From: Ministeria vibrans ATCC 50519
Taxonomy: Eukaryota; Protista; Filasterea
DNA length: 64,000 nucleotides
NCBI GenBank assembly: GCA_943704425.1
Contig: CALSCP010001486.1
Coordinates: 6,957-70,956 of the forward strand
Direction of reading: 5' to 3'
Shown: piece by piece, positions 1 through 11,412 of the stretch
Numbering within the stretch: the stretch's first letter is position 1
How the letters are laid out: each line of letters begins with the position of its first letter
Position numbers and translations under genes: made by a program
Notes under the pieces: model-generated
The model's input: only the letters and a program-made list of their open reading frames with translations
Databases searched by the model: none
Told to the model about the DNA's origin: nothing

Positions 1-828
1 ACCAATCGTCTGTCGGTGATTGACACATTGAGCAAGCTGACGCATGACAGTGACGCCGAGGTGGCACACAACAGCATCTTGGCAATGGGCATTCTGGGCG
101 CAGGCACGAACAACAGTCGCATTGCGACCATGTTGCGCTCGCTCGCCTCCTTCTACAGCAAGGACCCCGCCAACCTGTTTATGGTGCGCCTCTCGCAGGG
201 CCTTGTCTACCTCGGCAAGGGCACCATCTCCCTCTCTCCTGCCCACACCGACCGCTCCATCCTCTCGCCCGTCGCCCTGGCCGGTCTCATTGTCACTCTC
301 GTCGCCTGTCTTGACGTCAAGAACAGTAAGATGTTTTTTCTTTTCAATTTTCCTTTTCCGAGTGGCTCTGACCTTTTATTATTATTATTATCTTTAGCCA
401 TTCTGGGCAAACAGTCGTACTTTTTGTACTTTTTGTCGCTGGCAATGAACCCGCGTCTGCTACAGACCGTCGACGAAGACGGCAACGCCGTGGCGGTGTC
501 CGTGCGTGTCGGAAAGGCCGTTGATGTCGTTGGTCAGGCTGGAAAGGTGCGGAACATGAGCCAAAAAAAATGATATCGACATTTCATCGTTTCTCTGTGT
601 TTCATCTTGTAGCCCAAGACCATCACTGGCTTTCAGACACACACTACTCCCGTGCTTCTTGCGTATGGCGAGCGTGCTGAACTTGCCTCGGATGAGTGTA
701 AGAGAGGAATAGCGGAAAATGATATGGTTGACTAATCGACCCTGTCGTGTTTAGACATTTCACTCAATCCCATTATGGAAGGCTTTGTCATTGTGCGCAA
801 AAACCCTGATGCAGAGAAGAAGGAATAG
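1..828 (+). CDS. PSMD2: 26S proteasome regulatory subunit Rpn1/PSMD2, 3' part (exons <1-325, 398-546, 613-697, 755-828)
   Basis: Peptides [42 protein letters not shown]|[23 protein letters not shown] and [10 protein letters not shown] match the Rpn1 C-terminus. GT-AG introns keep the frame. Confidence 0.95.
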
Positions 829-1092
829 AGAGAGGGAGAGAGAGAAAGAGAGAGAGAAAGAAATACATCTCTAGTGAAAAGGTGAAAGCGCTGGTTCATA
901 ATACTTCCATCAAGATATTCGAACACAAACAACATGTTATCAAAAAAAATCTTATCGATAGTTACGACTCACCCAGTCACCCACCAGTCGGTTGGTTCGG
1001 CAGTCACCACTCACCACGCGAAGCCCAGGCAGCAAAGGAACTCAGATACTCATGACACAAATCACAACTTTTTGTCCACCTCTTCGAATTCA

Positions 1093-1723
1093 ATGGTCCG
1101 CGTTGGTAGCATCACCATGGTTGGACTCGCCGTGCTTTGGTGCGCGGCGGTGGTCGTGTCGGCGGCGAAAAAGCCGAATTTTGTGTTTCTCCTCACTGAC
1201 GACCAGGACGTGATGCTTGGCGAGCGGGACATCGGAAGCTTGGAAGCCATGCCTAAGCTTCAGAATCTTTTGATCAAAGGCGGCAGCAAGCTCACAAATG
1301 GTACGCAGTGAGTGTTGTCGATACACAAACAAACAATCAAAACACACAGACATAACCAACACTCAACGTTCGTTGTCGTGTAGCAATGATTGGTAAGACA
1401 CGCTGACTCTATTTTCATTCTTGTGGTACCTTGAGGCCTTCCTGGGTGCTTCGGCGTGCGCAGAATTCTTCTCATTTGTTTGTTTTGGATGGCGTTTGGT
1501 CGTTTCACTCTCTCCCGCTCAGCCACGCCCATCTGCTGCCCCTCCCGCACCGAGACCGTCACTGGACGCTTCTACCACAATGTTGGAGCGCCCACGGGGT
1601 CATGTATGCATGTCGATGCCGAAGCGAATGTGTTTAATCAGGTTCGTGAATGTCACCAAGTCCTTTTGATCTGTGCATCTGTCTGTCTCTCACTCTTTCT
1701 CTCTTTCACTCACTTTGTTTCAT

Positions 1724-1768
<45 letters not shown>

Positions 1769-3491
1769 ACTTTGTTTCTTTTTCCTCTCTCTCTCTCTAT
1801 CTCTCTATCTTAAACAGACAGGAAGCGTCTTTGGACTGCTCAAGGCTGCCGGGTATGCAACGGGTGCCATTGGCAAGGTTACAAACGATCAGACGGGGTA
1901 CTTTTGCTCAAAAGAGCGCGCAGACACAATGACCTATGTCAATGCTCCGTGCGACTACAACAACTACTACTCGCAAAAGTGGTTCCGCAAATTTTCCAAT
2001 GGCACCAAGTGAGCGATATACGCTCGTTTTTAGCATTTGACTGGGGTGAGTGCTTTTTTTTAGGCGCATCGAGCATCTTGACCTAAAGCCGGAGACGTAC
2101 CAAACGTCACAATTGGGGAACCGCAGTGTGGAATGGATTACACAGATGGCGCAAGAGGAGACGCCTTTCTTCCTGTGGCTGGGACCGCACGCGCCACACT
2201 ACCCCGCGGTGCCCGCTCCGTGGCACGCCGACCTGTTCCCAAACATGACTGCGCCGCGCACGCCTTCGTTCAACCGCCACGCACCCGACAAGCATCTGAT
2301 GGTCGCGCAGAATGCCGAGCTCAATGCAGAGGCACTCATGTACATTGACCAGCACATGCGTGACCGCTGGTCTGCGCTCGTCAGTGTCGATGACATGCTC
2401 TCGTCGGTCATCGACACGCTCGAGAAGCTGGGCATTGCGGACCACACGTACATCATCTACTCGAGCGACCACGGCTACCATCTGGGCCAAAATCGCTTGG
2501 GCTGCTCCAAAGAGCAGATCTACGAAACGGACATTCGCATTCCGCTGCTGGTGCGGGGCCCGGGCGTCAAGGCAGGCAGCGAGCATGCCGTCGTGACGAC
2601 CAACGTCGACATTGCGCCCACTGTGCTCGACCTGGCCGGCGTCGCACAGCCCCCTTTCATGGACGGCCACTCGCTTGCTCCCTTGCTTGTCACCGAGCCC
2701 AACGATGTCTACCAGCCCCATTCGCAGCGTGAGCGCAATAAACTCGTCAAGAATTGGGTAAGAGGAGAGAAGGGTGAGAGAGAGAAACAACGTGATCGAG
2801 GGAGAAAAAGACAAAGCGAGAGAGGCGGAGGAGGAGATTAAGAGAGAAAGAAGAACAAAGCGATGGAATTGAGAAAGAAACAACGCGAGAAAGAGACCAA
2901 GAGAAGTCATTAATTGTGACGCTCTCGTAGCGCACTACAATGCTGATCGAGTACAAGTCGGTGGGAAGCTACTACAACGACCACTGCAGCATGTACTTCC
3001 CGGGTCCTTCCTTCGAGGGCGTCAACAAGGCGGGTCCAGCGACGCCCAAGGGCGACAAGGCCCCCAGCAACTGCCCTCTTGGCAATGCCGAGCTCGGCAA
3101 TGGACGCTGCTACTACGTCGATGACGAGAAGACCAACTCCTTCCGCGCCCTACGCGTCCTCAATGCTACCCATGACCTCACATACGGCGAGTTTGACCCT
3201 GCGTGGACCTTTGAGACCCTTCAAGTAAGAGAAGAGAATCCTCCCAAAATACGATAACGCACCACGATACGCATCACGTGCCACTCAATCACACTCGTTC
3301 AAAACACACCCACTCGCTTTTCCCCGTCTTTCTTTCAGTTCGTCGAGCTGTACGACAATACGGCGGATCCTCATCAGCTGACCAACATTGCCAACTCCAC
3401 TTCTCCTGCCATTCTCGCTGACCTCCATCAACAACTCGCGACCTTTCAACAGTGTCGTGGTACTGACTCACTCAAGTCAGACTGTCCCTAA
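1093..3491 (+). CDS. Secreted/lysosomal sulfatase, N-acetylglucosamine-6-sulfatase (GNS)-like, multi-exon
   Basis: Signal peptide followed by PNFVFLLTDDQD, the formylglycine motif CCPSR, then PHAPH, SSDHGYHLGQ, YETDIRIPLLVRGPG, NVDIAPTVLDLAG and ELYDNTADPHQLTN. Stop TAA at 3489-3491. Confidence 0.9.
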
Positions 3492-3584
3492 CCAACATAA
3501 TACAAAATTTTCATCTTTTTTTTTTTTTTGATGATACTGTTACACTCCCCTGGTTTGTGCGTTCTTTCCCCCGATTTTGTGGAT

Positions 3585-5090
3585 TCAGATGACGGTGACC
3601 TTGTGGTCTTCGTCAACTGGAATGTTTTCGCCGACGTCCTTTTCCATGTAGATCTTGATGGTGCAGTCTTCGCCACCCGTAAACAGGCTGGTGCGGTCCG
3701 TACACGCCGTCAGTACCCCTCCTTGGTGCCGCCGGATTACTTGCTTGCACAGTACCTCCGAGTCTGACTGCCGTGCACTCACTTGCCACATCCGCAACTG
3801 GCCGTCGTTGCTCGCTGTGTACACATTGGCGCCAATGGCCCCGACTGCATGTACGATACCAATGTGTGCGACAATCTGGTGGACGCGCAAGAGAGTATTC
3901 AGGTCGATGACGGTGACGTTCTGGTTGCGTGTGCCCACAAGCAGTAGTCGCTTGTAGATCGCCAGCGAGAACACACTGCCCAAAGCGGGTTCGGGGCGGA
4001 CTGTAAAAAGACATGTAAGGGTTGCGGGCAGGCGTTCGCCCACCTGGGGCTGTGGCAGGTGGCCCACGCTGGGCGGGGGCTGCTCGGCGAGGCGCGTTGA
4101 CCAGATGTGCAGAGCATTGTGAGAGCCGCTGATGATGCGACCGCCGTGTAGAGTGTCGTGGCAGAAGGCACGTACCCAATGCGACAGACCCAGTACGCGA
4201 GCCAGCGGCTCCAGGGTCGTTGCGTCTATGACCAGGATCTGTGCCTGCAGACCGACAAAGAGCAGTTGACGCCCCGTGTCGTCGGGCACCAGGCACAGCG
4301 CCGCCACCGTCGAATCGGTTGCCACCTGGACGCGTTTCTTCTCGGTGAACGTGTGCACAGACCACTGAGCGACAGAGCCGTCGGCACCACCGCTGAACAG
4401 CATGGGGCCGCCGGAGCGCGTCTTGCGGTACACCAGGGAGAACACTCCGCCTTGATGCGCGTCCAGGACGTGCGTGCACTCGCAGCGTCCCGGTAGATTC
4501 CATACGCGTATTTGACCGTCGCTCGAGCCGCTGTAGAGGTGGGTGGAGCCGCGCACGACCGCCCACACGGGTCCCTTGTGCCCGTAGAGTGTGCCGGCAC
4601 ACGCAAAAATGTTAGGTTGTGTCGACGCGGCGCGTGCCGAGCCGCTCAGCGATCCGCCCAGCTTGCTTGCGCTGAGAAGCGACACAAGCCGTGGTGCAGC
4701 GGGTGGTGAACGTGGCATGGAGACGGTGAGGCCGGCGAGCGACGATCGTTCCGACACGGCCGGCGACCCGAGACGACCGCGCTCGTCGCGCATAGCCATG
4801 ACAAACGAATCGCTTCTATGAAGAGCACCGCCGAGGCCATTGTCGTCGCCCAGGTCAATGTCGGAGACGTGGCTAATGGAGGTGGCGCGAGAGGCGTCGT
4901 CAAAGGCGCGCGCATTCCGTCGCTGCTCCGACACCACCATTGCCTCAACGCGTATCAAACGCGCGTCCATCTGAGCCAGAGTCGACTGTATCCCAGCGAG
5001 GGTCGTTGCTAGCTGCTCCACCAGAGCGTGCGTTTTCGAGATCTGGTTCCCGGCGTCATTAACTATTGTGTCTTTGTCGCCATCGCCCAT
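3585..5090 (-). CDS. TRAF7-like coiled-coil + WD40 protein, intronless, no RING domain visible
   Basis: WD repeats GHKGPVW..LYSGSSDGQIRVW, GLSHWVRA, AHIGIVHA and RHQGGV..LFTGGEDCTIKIY parallel the TRAF7 WD40 propeller. The N-terminal heptad segment reads LVEQLATTLAGIQSTLAQMDARL. Confidence 0.75.
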   Translation of the reverse strand: MGDGDKDTIVNDAGNQISKTHALVEQLATTLAGIQSTLAQMDARLIRVEAMVVSEQRRNARAFDDASRATSISHVSDIDLGDDNGLGGALHRSDSFVMAMRDERGRLGSPAVSERSSLAGLTVSMPRSPPAAPRLVSLLSASKLGGSLSGSARAASTQPNIFACAGTLYGHKGPVWAVVRGSTHLYSGSSDGQIRVWNLPGRCECTHVLDAHQGGVFSLVYRKTRSGGPMLFSGGADGSVAQWSVHTFTEKKRVQVATDSTVAALCLVPDDTGRQLLFVGLQAQILVIDATTLEPLARVLGLSHWVRAFCHDTLHGGRIISGSHNALHIWSTRLAEQPPPSVGHLPQPQVGERLPATLTCLFTVRPEPALGSVFSLAIYKRLLLVGTRNQNVTVIDLNTLLRVHQIVAHIGIVHAVGAIGANVYTASNDGQLRMWQVSARQSDSEVLCKQVIRRHQGGVLTACTDRTSLFTGGEDCTIKIYMEKDVGENIPVDEDHKVTVI

Positions 5091-5277
5091 CGCACCAACA
5101 CGAGAAAAACGCAGTAAAATATTTGCATTAATCATTAATGAATCGTCGACTGAAAGTTTCAGTGTTCCCCGCGCAAGATCACACTCACTCACTCTACACT
5201 CTACAGTCTACACCCGGGCATGATGTATGTCTCAGTTGACGAACCATTCTGTTTGATCAATCGTCTGTGGTTGTATT

Positions 5278-6195
5278 TTACACGTCAAGGAAGTTGGCAG
5301 CCATGAGAAGCTCAAGCGCGACCTCAGCCTCAATGGGGAATTCTGTAGGATACGGAGTGAGTGGGAGGAGAGAAGAGGGATGGCGTCATTTTACCGGGGA
5401 TCTCGTTGTTCTCTTGATTGGAGTTCTTGTGCCGCATTTTGAAGTAGAAGTACTTGCACACCTAATGGGTGCGCATGTCAGTGCATGTCAGTGCATGTCA
5501 GTGCATCTGTTGTGATGCGCAAGAAGATTGTACCTTCTCGAGGACGTGCGAAGAGATCTCTTTGAATTCTACTACGTTGCTCTCTGCTTCTTGAAATTGA
5601 CCTGCAGAGCGAAAGACAAAGTTGTGAGACAAAAAGTCGGAATGGATTGAATGATAAAAATTTGTGTTCCACAGGTCATCAAAACAAAGAAGGAACATAT
5701 GTAAACGATGCTCTGTAGATTCAGTGCCATCTATGCGTATCGCTCGTAGAAACGCACGACGAGCAGTCGCGCAAAACAGAGACAAGCAGAACAATAGTAA
5801 GAGTGGTTGAGTGCCGACTCATTTCCACATCCACGCCATGTTGCTGCCCATTTGCGCGACAGCCGTGCGTCTCATTTGATACACCACCCCATGAGCTAAT
5901 GATCTCATTGGAACAGCAGTCGAAAAAGGTGAGATGCGAAGCAGATTGGACGTGAAACAGAAAAGAAGAAGTGACGAGCGAAAAAGAAGAAAAGAAAAAA
6001 CCACACAGAAACGTCGTAGAGGACAACACGCACGCACACACACATACACACATACACGCATGGCATACCTGGCCCACTTAGCATGCTCTTGATAGTGCCG
6101 CTGACCATCGCATAGTAACGCTGAACTACAAATTCATGTCCGTCGCTGCTGCGCAAGCGCACATACTGATCGCGATCTTCGTCTTCTGCCGACAT
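5278..6195 (-). CDS. ELOC: Elongin C (4 exons)
   Basis: [26 protein letters not shown]|[22 protein letters not shown]|VCKYFYFK..|[21 protein letters not shown]. Confidence 0.95.
5660..5920 (-). ncRNA. Candidate structured intronic RNA (long hairpin plus H/ACA-like 3' hairpins) in ELOC intron 1
   Basis: Sense strand: GAGACGCACG/CGTGCGTTTC and GTCGCGCAAA/TTTGCGCGAC close a ~120-nt hairpin. It is followed by a GAGCGAT..ATCGTTT hairpin + ACA and a GTTCC..GGAAC hairpin + ACA. The RNA family was not recognised. Confidence 0.35.
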
Positions 6196-6331
6196 CTAGC
6201 ACACACCACGAGAAGCGTCGATGAAGCCAAATGGCAAATACAAATAAATTGAATTCAATCGTCAAATAACGTCAATCTTCAATTCTTCATCTTTCGCAAT
6301 CGTCAATTGACCATTCGCACTTCTTTTGCAA

Positions 6332-7533
6332 ATGTCAAGGCCGACAAGTCGTGCGTCTTCGCCAGAGCCCGATGTGGACGCGGAGATGTTTACAGTAGAG
6401 CACCTGGCTCGGTCGCGACATGTGTTGGCGTCCGTGGCGCCCGCTTTGGCCAGGTATGGAACGGGGGACGGGTTTGGGGTCATTGGGAACCGTTTGCACC
6501 AACGCCGTGGCGCTCTGTAGTGCTGCGGGGGTTACGCTGCGCGGAGCAGCCAAGCAACTGGCGTATGCTGAAGGATTGCAGTCGAGGGGACGTCGCGAGG
6601 AGGAAGACGCAGACTGGAGTCTGGTTGGCTTGGCGGTGTGCCACCAGTGCGGGTCGTCGCTGCAGGGCGACACGGCGACTGTGCGGCTGCACGGCGGCCA
6701 TTCGCTCGAGCAACGGTACGGGCGATGGCGTCGACGCAGATGGCGAGGACACGACAGGGACGAAGTGCACCGTATCGACGACACGGCGCGCATACTGCAC
6801 AGCTCGAGCAAGCGCAAGGTGTCGTCGTCGTCGTCGTCGTCGTCCATGTCACGCTCGTCGTTGGCGTCGCGCGTCTCGCTTGCGACTGTTGCCGCACTGC
6901 GTCGCAGCCTTGAGAGTAGCCTTATTGGAGGAAGTGCGTCGGCGTCGACAGCAGACCAACGGGGAGTGGTGGCGCGCGACCGGCGTGTGCTCCGCGACGA
7001 ACAACGCTGTGCGGGTGCCGTCACAGTGCGCTGTCGAGCATGTACATTCCTCCACATTCGCGCGGGACTCCGCAAAGAAGCACGGGGGCGCACGGACGCG
7101 CAGCTCGACACGGCAAGCCAGGGGACGTCGCGGTGCACATCGGGCGCTCGCACTCCGTTGCGCTCTCAAGGGGTCCCTTCCAGCTCAGGCTCAGGCGCAC
7201 TCACTCCCGTCTCAGGTGTCACTCCCCGTTCAGCCTCCCCTGCTCCCGCGGCTCTCTCTGCTGTCTCTCCGTCAAGCAAAACGTCAAAGAAGAAGAACAG
7301 AAAGGTTCGTGTATATAGCCAGTAATTATTATTATTCCATCGGTTTCTATCACTCTCTCTCTCTCTGTCTGACTCCCTTTCTCTCTATCACTTTTTTTCC
7401 CCCTCTGTCTCTGTTGTGTTGCTAGAGGGACGATCTAAAGAACATTCTTGCGCGCGCTAAAGACGCCTCGTCAAAGAGCAATGGACCCTCTGACACTCTC
7501 GAACTATCCATGTTCCTCACGAGTGGCCAATAG
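6332..7533 (+). CDS. Rpr2/Rpp21/Snm1-family zinc ribbon protein, most like RNase MRP subunit RMP24 (C18orf21); exons 6332-6453, 6521-7304, 7426-7533
   Basis: N-terminal HLARSRHVLASVAPALA helix, CHQC..TATVRL, VTVRCRAC, and a basic tail ending LSMFLTSGQ*. This is the same layout as the C18orf21/Snm1 family. Confidence 0.65.
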
Positions 7534-7641
7534 TGAATCATCACAAGAAAAATAAAGAACAATTATACAGCGAGAATGTAACAGTGATATTGTGAACGAA
7601 GACAGTGAGTAGGCTTGAACATTCTTGTGCTCAGTCCCAAG

Positions 7642-7727
7642 TTACGTATTGGTCTGTGCAGCAGCTGCAGCCGCCGCTACGGCGATGTCATCGAGAGCCA
7701 TTCCATCCGCATCCACCTACCACACAA

Positions 7728-7767
<40 letters not shown>

Positions 7768-8010
7768 AGTTGCTTTCAGTCACTCACTCGGTCTCACTCT
7801 GTGCTACCTTTGAGCGGGAGCGCTTATCAAGGGGCGCATCGCCCTTGCCCTTGCGCTTACGGTCCTTGCGGAGACGCGTGGGTCGCACCGGGTACGTGTG
7901 ATCAACCTGGACGGGCGAGGCGGCCGTCCACTCGACAGGCACATAGGGCACTCCAGACTGACACAGCGCGCCCCATCGCACCACAGCACTGTGTAGGTCC
8001 AATGTGCTCT
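7642..8010 (-). CDS. Last two exons of an unidentified gene with a basic NLS-like C-terminus
   Basis: Exon ~8010-7810 (STLDLHSAVVRWG..RLRKDRKRKGKGDAPLDKRSRSK), a GT-AG intron containing (TG)n, then the final exon VDADGMALDDIAVAAAAAAAQTNT*. Confidence 0.45.
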
Positions 8011-8035
8011 CTATATTCATCACACACACCACAAG

Positions 8036-8140
<105 letters not shown>

Positions 8141-8164
8141 CTCTCTTGTTCGTTTTGTTGTATA

Positions 8165-9868
8165 CTCTGCGGTTGACATTGAACTTGACGTCAATCTTCC
8201 AAAAGTAGGGCTCGTTGCACTTGGCACAGAAGTCGGCAAGCTGCCACTTGGGCTGCTGCTGGCGCTCGCGGGCTGTGTTCCACAAGTGCACGCGTCCGTC
8301 ACTGCCGCCCGACAGCAGCTGCCGTTGCTCTCCCAGCAACACAATATCATTCACTTTGCCTTCGTGTCCACTACACATGACACGACTCAGAACAAACACA
8401 CATTCTCTCTTCACTTTGTTTCTCTCTCACTTTGTTTCTCTCCCACTTTGTTTCTCTCTCTCTGTGTGTTTCTCTCTTCGCTTTGATTCTCTCTCTCTCT
8501 CTTTCTCTGCGTCTCTCTTCACTTTGTTCTCTCGCTTCATATTTGTTTCCCTCTCTTCACTTTGTTTCTCTCTCTTCGCTTTCCTTACATGAGTGTGTAG
8601 AAAACGCCCTTGTTCCCACCAATGTCCCACATGATGATCTTCGAGTCAAACGAGGCGCTGAACAGAATCTTGCGCTTGGCGTCCCACGCCAGTCCGCGCA
8701 CAGAGCCTAAACAAAACAAAAAATCCAAAACACGTTATTTAATCTCTTCTCCTCTCTCGCTTTTTTCTTCTCCTCTCCCTCTATATTATACTTTGCTTCT
8801 TTCACTTTGCTTCTCTATCACTTTTCTCTTTCTCTCACTTTGTCTCTCTATCACTTTGTTCTTTCTCTCTCCTTTCTCTCTCACTTTGTTCCTTCTCTCT
8901 CCTTTCTCTCTCACTTTGTTCTTTCTCTCTCCTCTGCGTTCCTCTAACCTTGATGACCAACGAGAGTCGAAGCAAGCTCAAGACGACTGCGATCGACAAG
9001 TTTGAGAATTTCAATGTGGCCCGCGTAGTCGCCGGCGAAGAGGAAGTTGGAGGCGACGTCAATGGCAAGGCACAGCATCGACGCCTTGCCGTGGAAGCTG
9101 CCAATGCGCGCCCCATTGCTCGTGTCCGTCCACACTACGTTGAAGTCACTGCCCACCGAGAAGAGCCAGTTGTGTTCGGGCACGAGCAACATCCGCCGTA
9201 CCGCTCCGTTGTGTGCTGCAACAGACGCGTCATGAGCAGTCTGACATGACATGCACTGTTAACATTCTCTCCTACCGCGAATTTCGCGCGTGACTGTAAT
9301 TCGGTTGAGGTCCTCGCTCGCCTGGTAGTCAATGATTGCACCAGTCTCCAGGCCCACATAGAGCTTCTTGTTCGACGGGTTCCACTGCGCACAGAGCGCC
9401 ATTCCTGAAACGAGCGAGCGCGTCAACACCCCCCGGTCGCACTGGGCCTCTTACCGGTCGTCATCTGACACACACTCGGCCAGTACTGTCCGTTGTCGCG
9501 GCGCAGCCATATCCGGACCGTTCTAGAGGGAAATACGCCCCGCCAGACGGGAGTTGAGTGGCCCAGCGAAAAAAACGAGAAAAAAAAACCGACAAAAACA
9601 TCCCATTCGCCATTCCACATTGCAAAAAACTCATTTGCACTTTCCACTGAAGTCATTGGCCACAGGGCATGCATCTGAGGCGACGGTAGCGTCGGGCGCG
9701 GCGGCAGAGAGGCGTCTCACGTGGTTGCGCAGACGGGACATCGGGAAACGCACTGTACCTGTCGGACGAGACGGACACCAGGGCTTCGTCGCGCGGGAGG
9801 TACACCACCTCGTTTACCGTGTCCGTGTGCCCGCGAAGGGTGTCAACAAGTCGGGGGGCGATAGACAT
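8165..9868 (-). CDS. WD repeat and FYVE domain protein (WDFY1/2-like); sequence stops in mid-FYVE
   Basis: LRGHTDTVNEV..VSVSSDR|TVRIWLRRDNGQYWPSVC, RILFSASFDSKIIMWDIGG and PKWQLADFCAKCNEPYFW match WDFY2. The expected HHCRxCG exon is not found. Confidence 0.85.
8851..8935. repeat. 30-bp tandem repeat, 3 copies, in a WDFY intron
   Basis: TCACTTTGTTCTTTCTCTCTCCTTTCTCTC at 8851, 8881 and 8911. Confidence 0.9.
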
Positions 9869-9980
9869 CGAAGATTTTGGGTTTTTGAGAATGAATGAAT
9901 AATAAGTCTGTCTTTAATTTATTACAGACAATATGAATAATCTGTCTTTATAATCAATTCTTTTGGTCGCTTCTTATACA

Positions 9981-11381
9981 ATGTCACAGGGCCCTGACAT
10001 TGTCAGGCTCAACGTGGGCGGCCGACTGTTTTGCACGTCGTACGCAACGCTCACGCGAATTCCCGGCACATTCTTCTCCAGGTAGAGATATTCACTGCGC
10101 AGTCCACTGCTGCCCGTTGCCCTCCCTTGCTGTCTTCTTCGTGTCTCTCTCTCTCTCTCTTTCTCTCTCTGTGTGTGTGCTGTTTGCCTGACTACTTCCT
10201 TGCCCAATCTGTCTTTTTTTTGGCGTGAATGAACTTTTCAAAACACATCTCGCAAAATCTCATTGAAGCACTCTCACTGGCTGTTCGGTCGGTCGGCCAC
10301 GCCGTGTACAAGAGGCTGCTTGTACCTGATGGCCGTTTCCTGTGCCTCTAACCGCCGTGCTTCTCGCGTAGTCTTCTCTCGGGCAGAATACCGTCGTACA
10401 AGGAGGACGACTCGGTCTTTATCGACCGCGATCCGGACGTCTTTGCCGTGATTCTCGCCTATCTGCGCACCGAACGCATCTATCTTGCCGGCACCACCGT
10501 CTCCCTTGAAAGCCTCTACCTTGAAGCAATGTTTTACAGTACCCTCTTTTTGAGACTTGTTTGAGTGGGATACTAACGATAACCGTCGCGTTTCTGCCTC
10601 TTCCAAGGTATCACGCCGTTGACCGACAACCTGGACATGTGTCGTCTGCAGCGGACCGACGGGTGCGGCAACCTCTTGTTCAATGCGGTGCTCGAGCATC
10701 AGCCTGTCGACCGCACTGACGTGCATCCCACACGCGTCGCTGGCGTCGACGAAGGTGTCTGCTCGCTGTGCGCCCACCACAACTGGATTACCATTGCCTA
10801 TCGTCATCACTTTGTCTGCTTCAGCTTCTCCGAGAGCACTTCGTGGACGCTCGAGTTCCAGTCTCCCTATTTTGACCTGCCCATTGATCGTGTTGCGCTC
10901 AACGTGCGCTACGGTGGCGGCGACAAGCTTGTGGCCTTCTCTCAAGGGGGTGTGGTGCGTCTCTACGACTGTGCCGTGGCCCAGGCGGGTGGGGCCGCCG
11001 CTGCTGCTCCTGTTCAGGTGTTTGATGTGGGCGACGCCAATGCAGTCGCAGCGGCGCGTCATCGCGAGGTCCTCCAACAACTCATCCAACATCCGCACCC
11101 GCATCCACCAGCACCCACTCCCCTCCGCCCGTCCATGCGCCCCTCTTCGTTGTCGCTCCCCTCTGGTAGTGCCAGTGTAAGCAACGGCACGCCCGAAGGC
11201 AGCGCGACCACCTCCGCACGCAACACTCCCGTTCCCCTCCACGAGGACACGCTGCCTTCTCATGCACTGCCAGGCCCATTAGCACCACCACCACAACAAC
11301 AGTTGCAAGACCTACTGCAACAGCAAGCACAAGTGCAACAACAATCGCAACAGTCAATGTCCCTTGTACAGCATCATTATC

Positions 11382-11412
<31 letters not shown>

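Noticed and set aside
5660-5920. ELOC intron element as telomerase RNA or U17/snR30
   Set aside because: There is no CUAACCC template and no AUAUUCCUA/AAACCAU motifs. It is kept only as an unclassified candidate.
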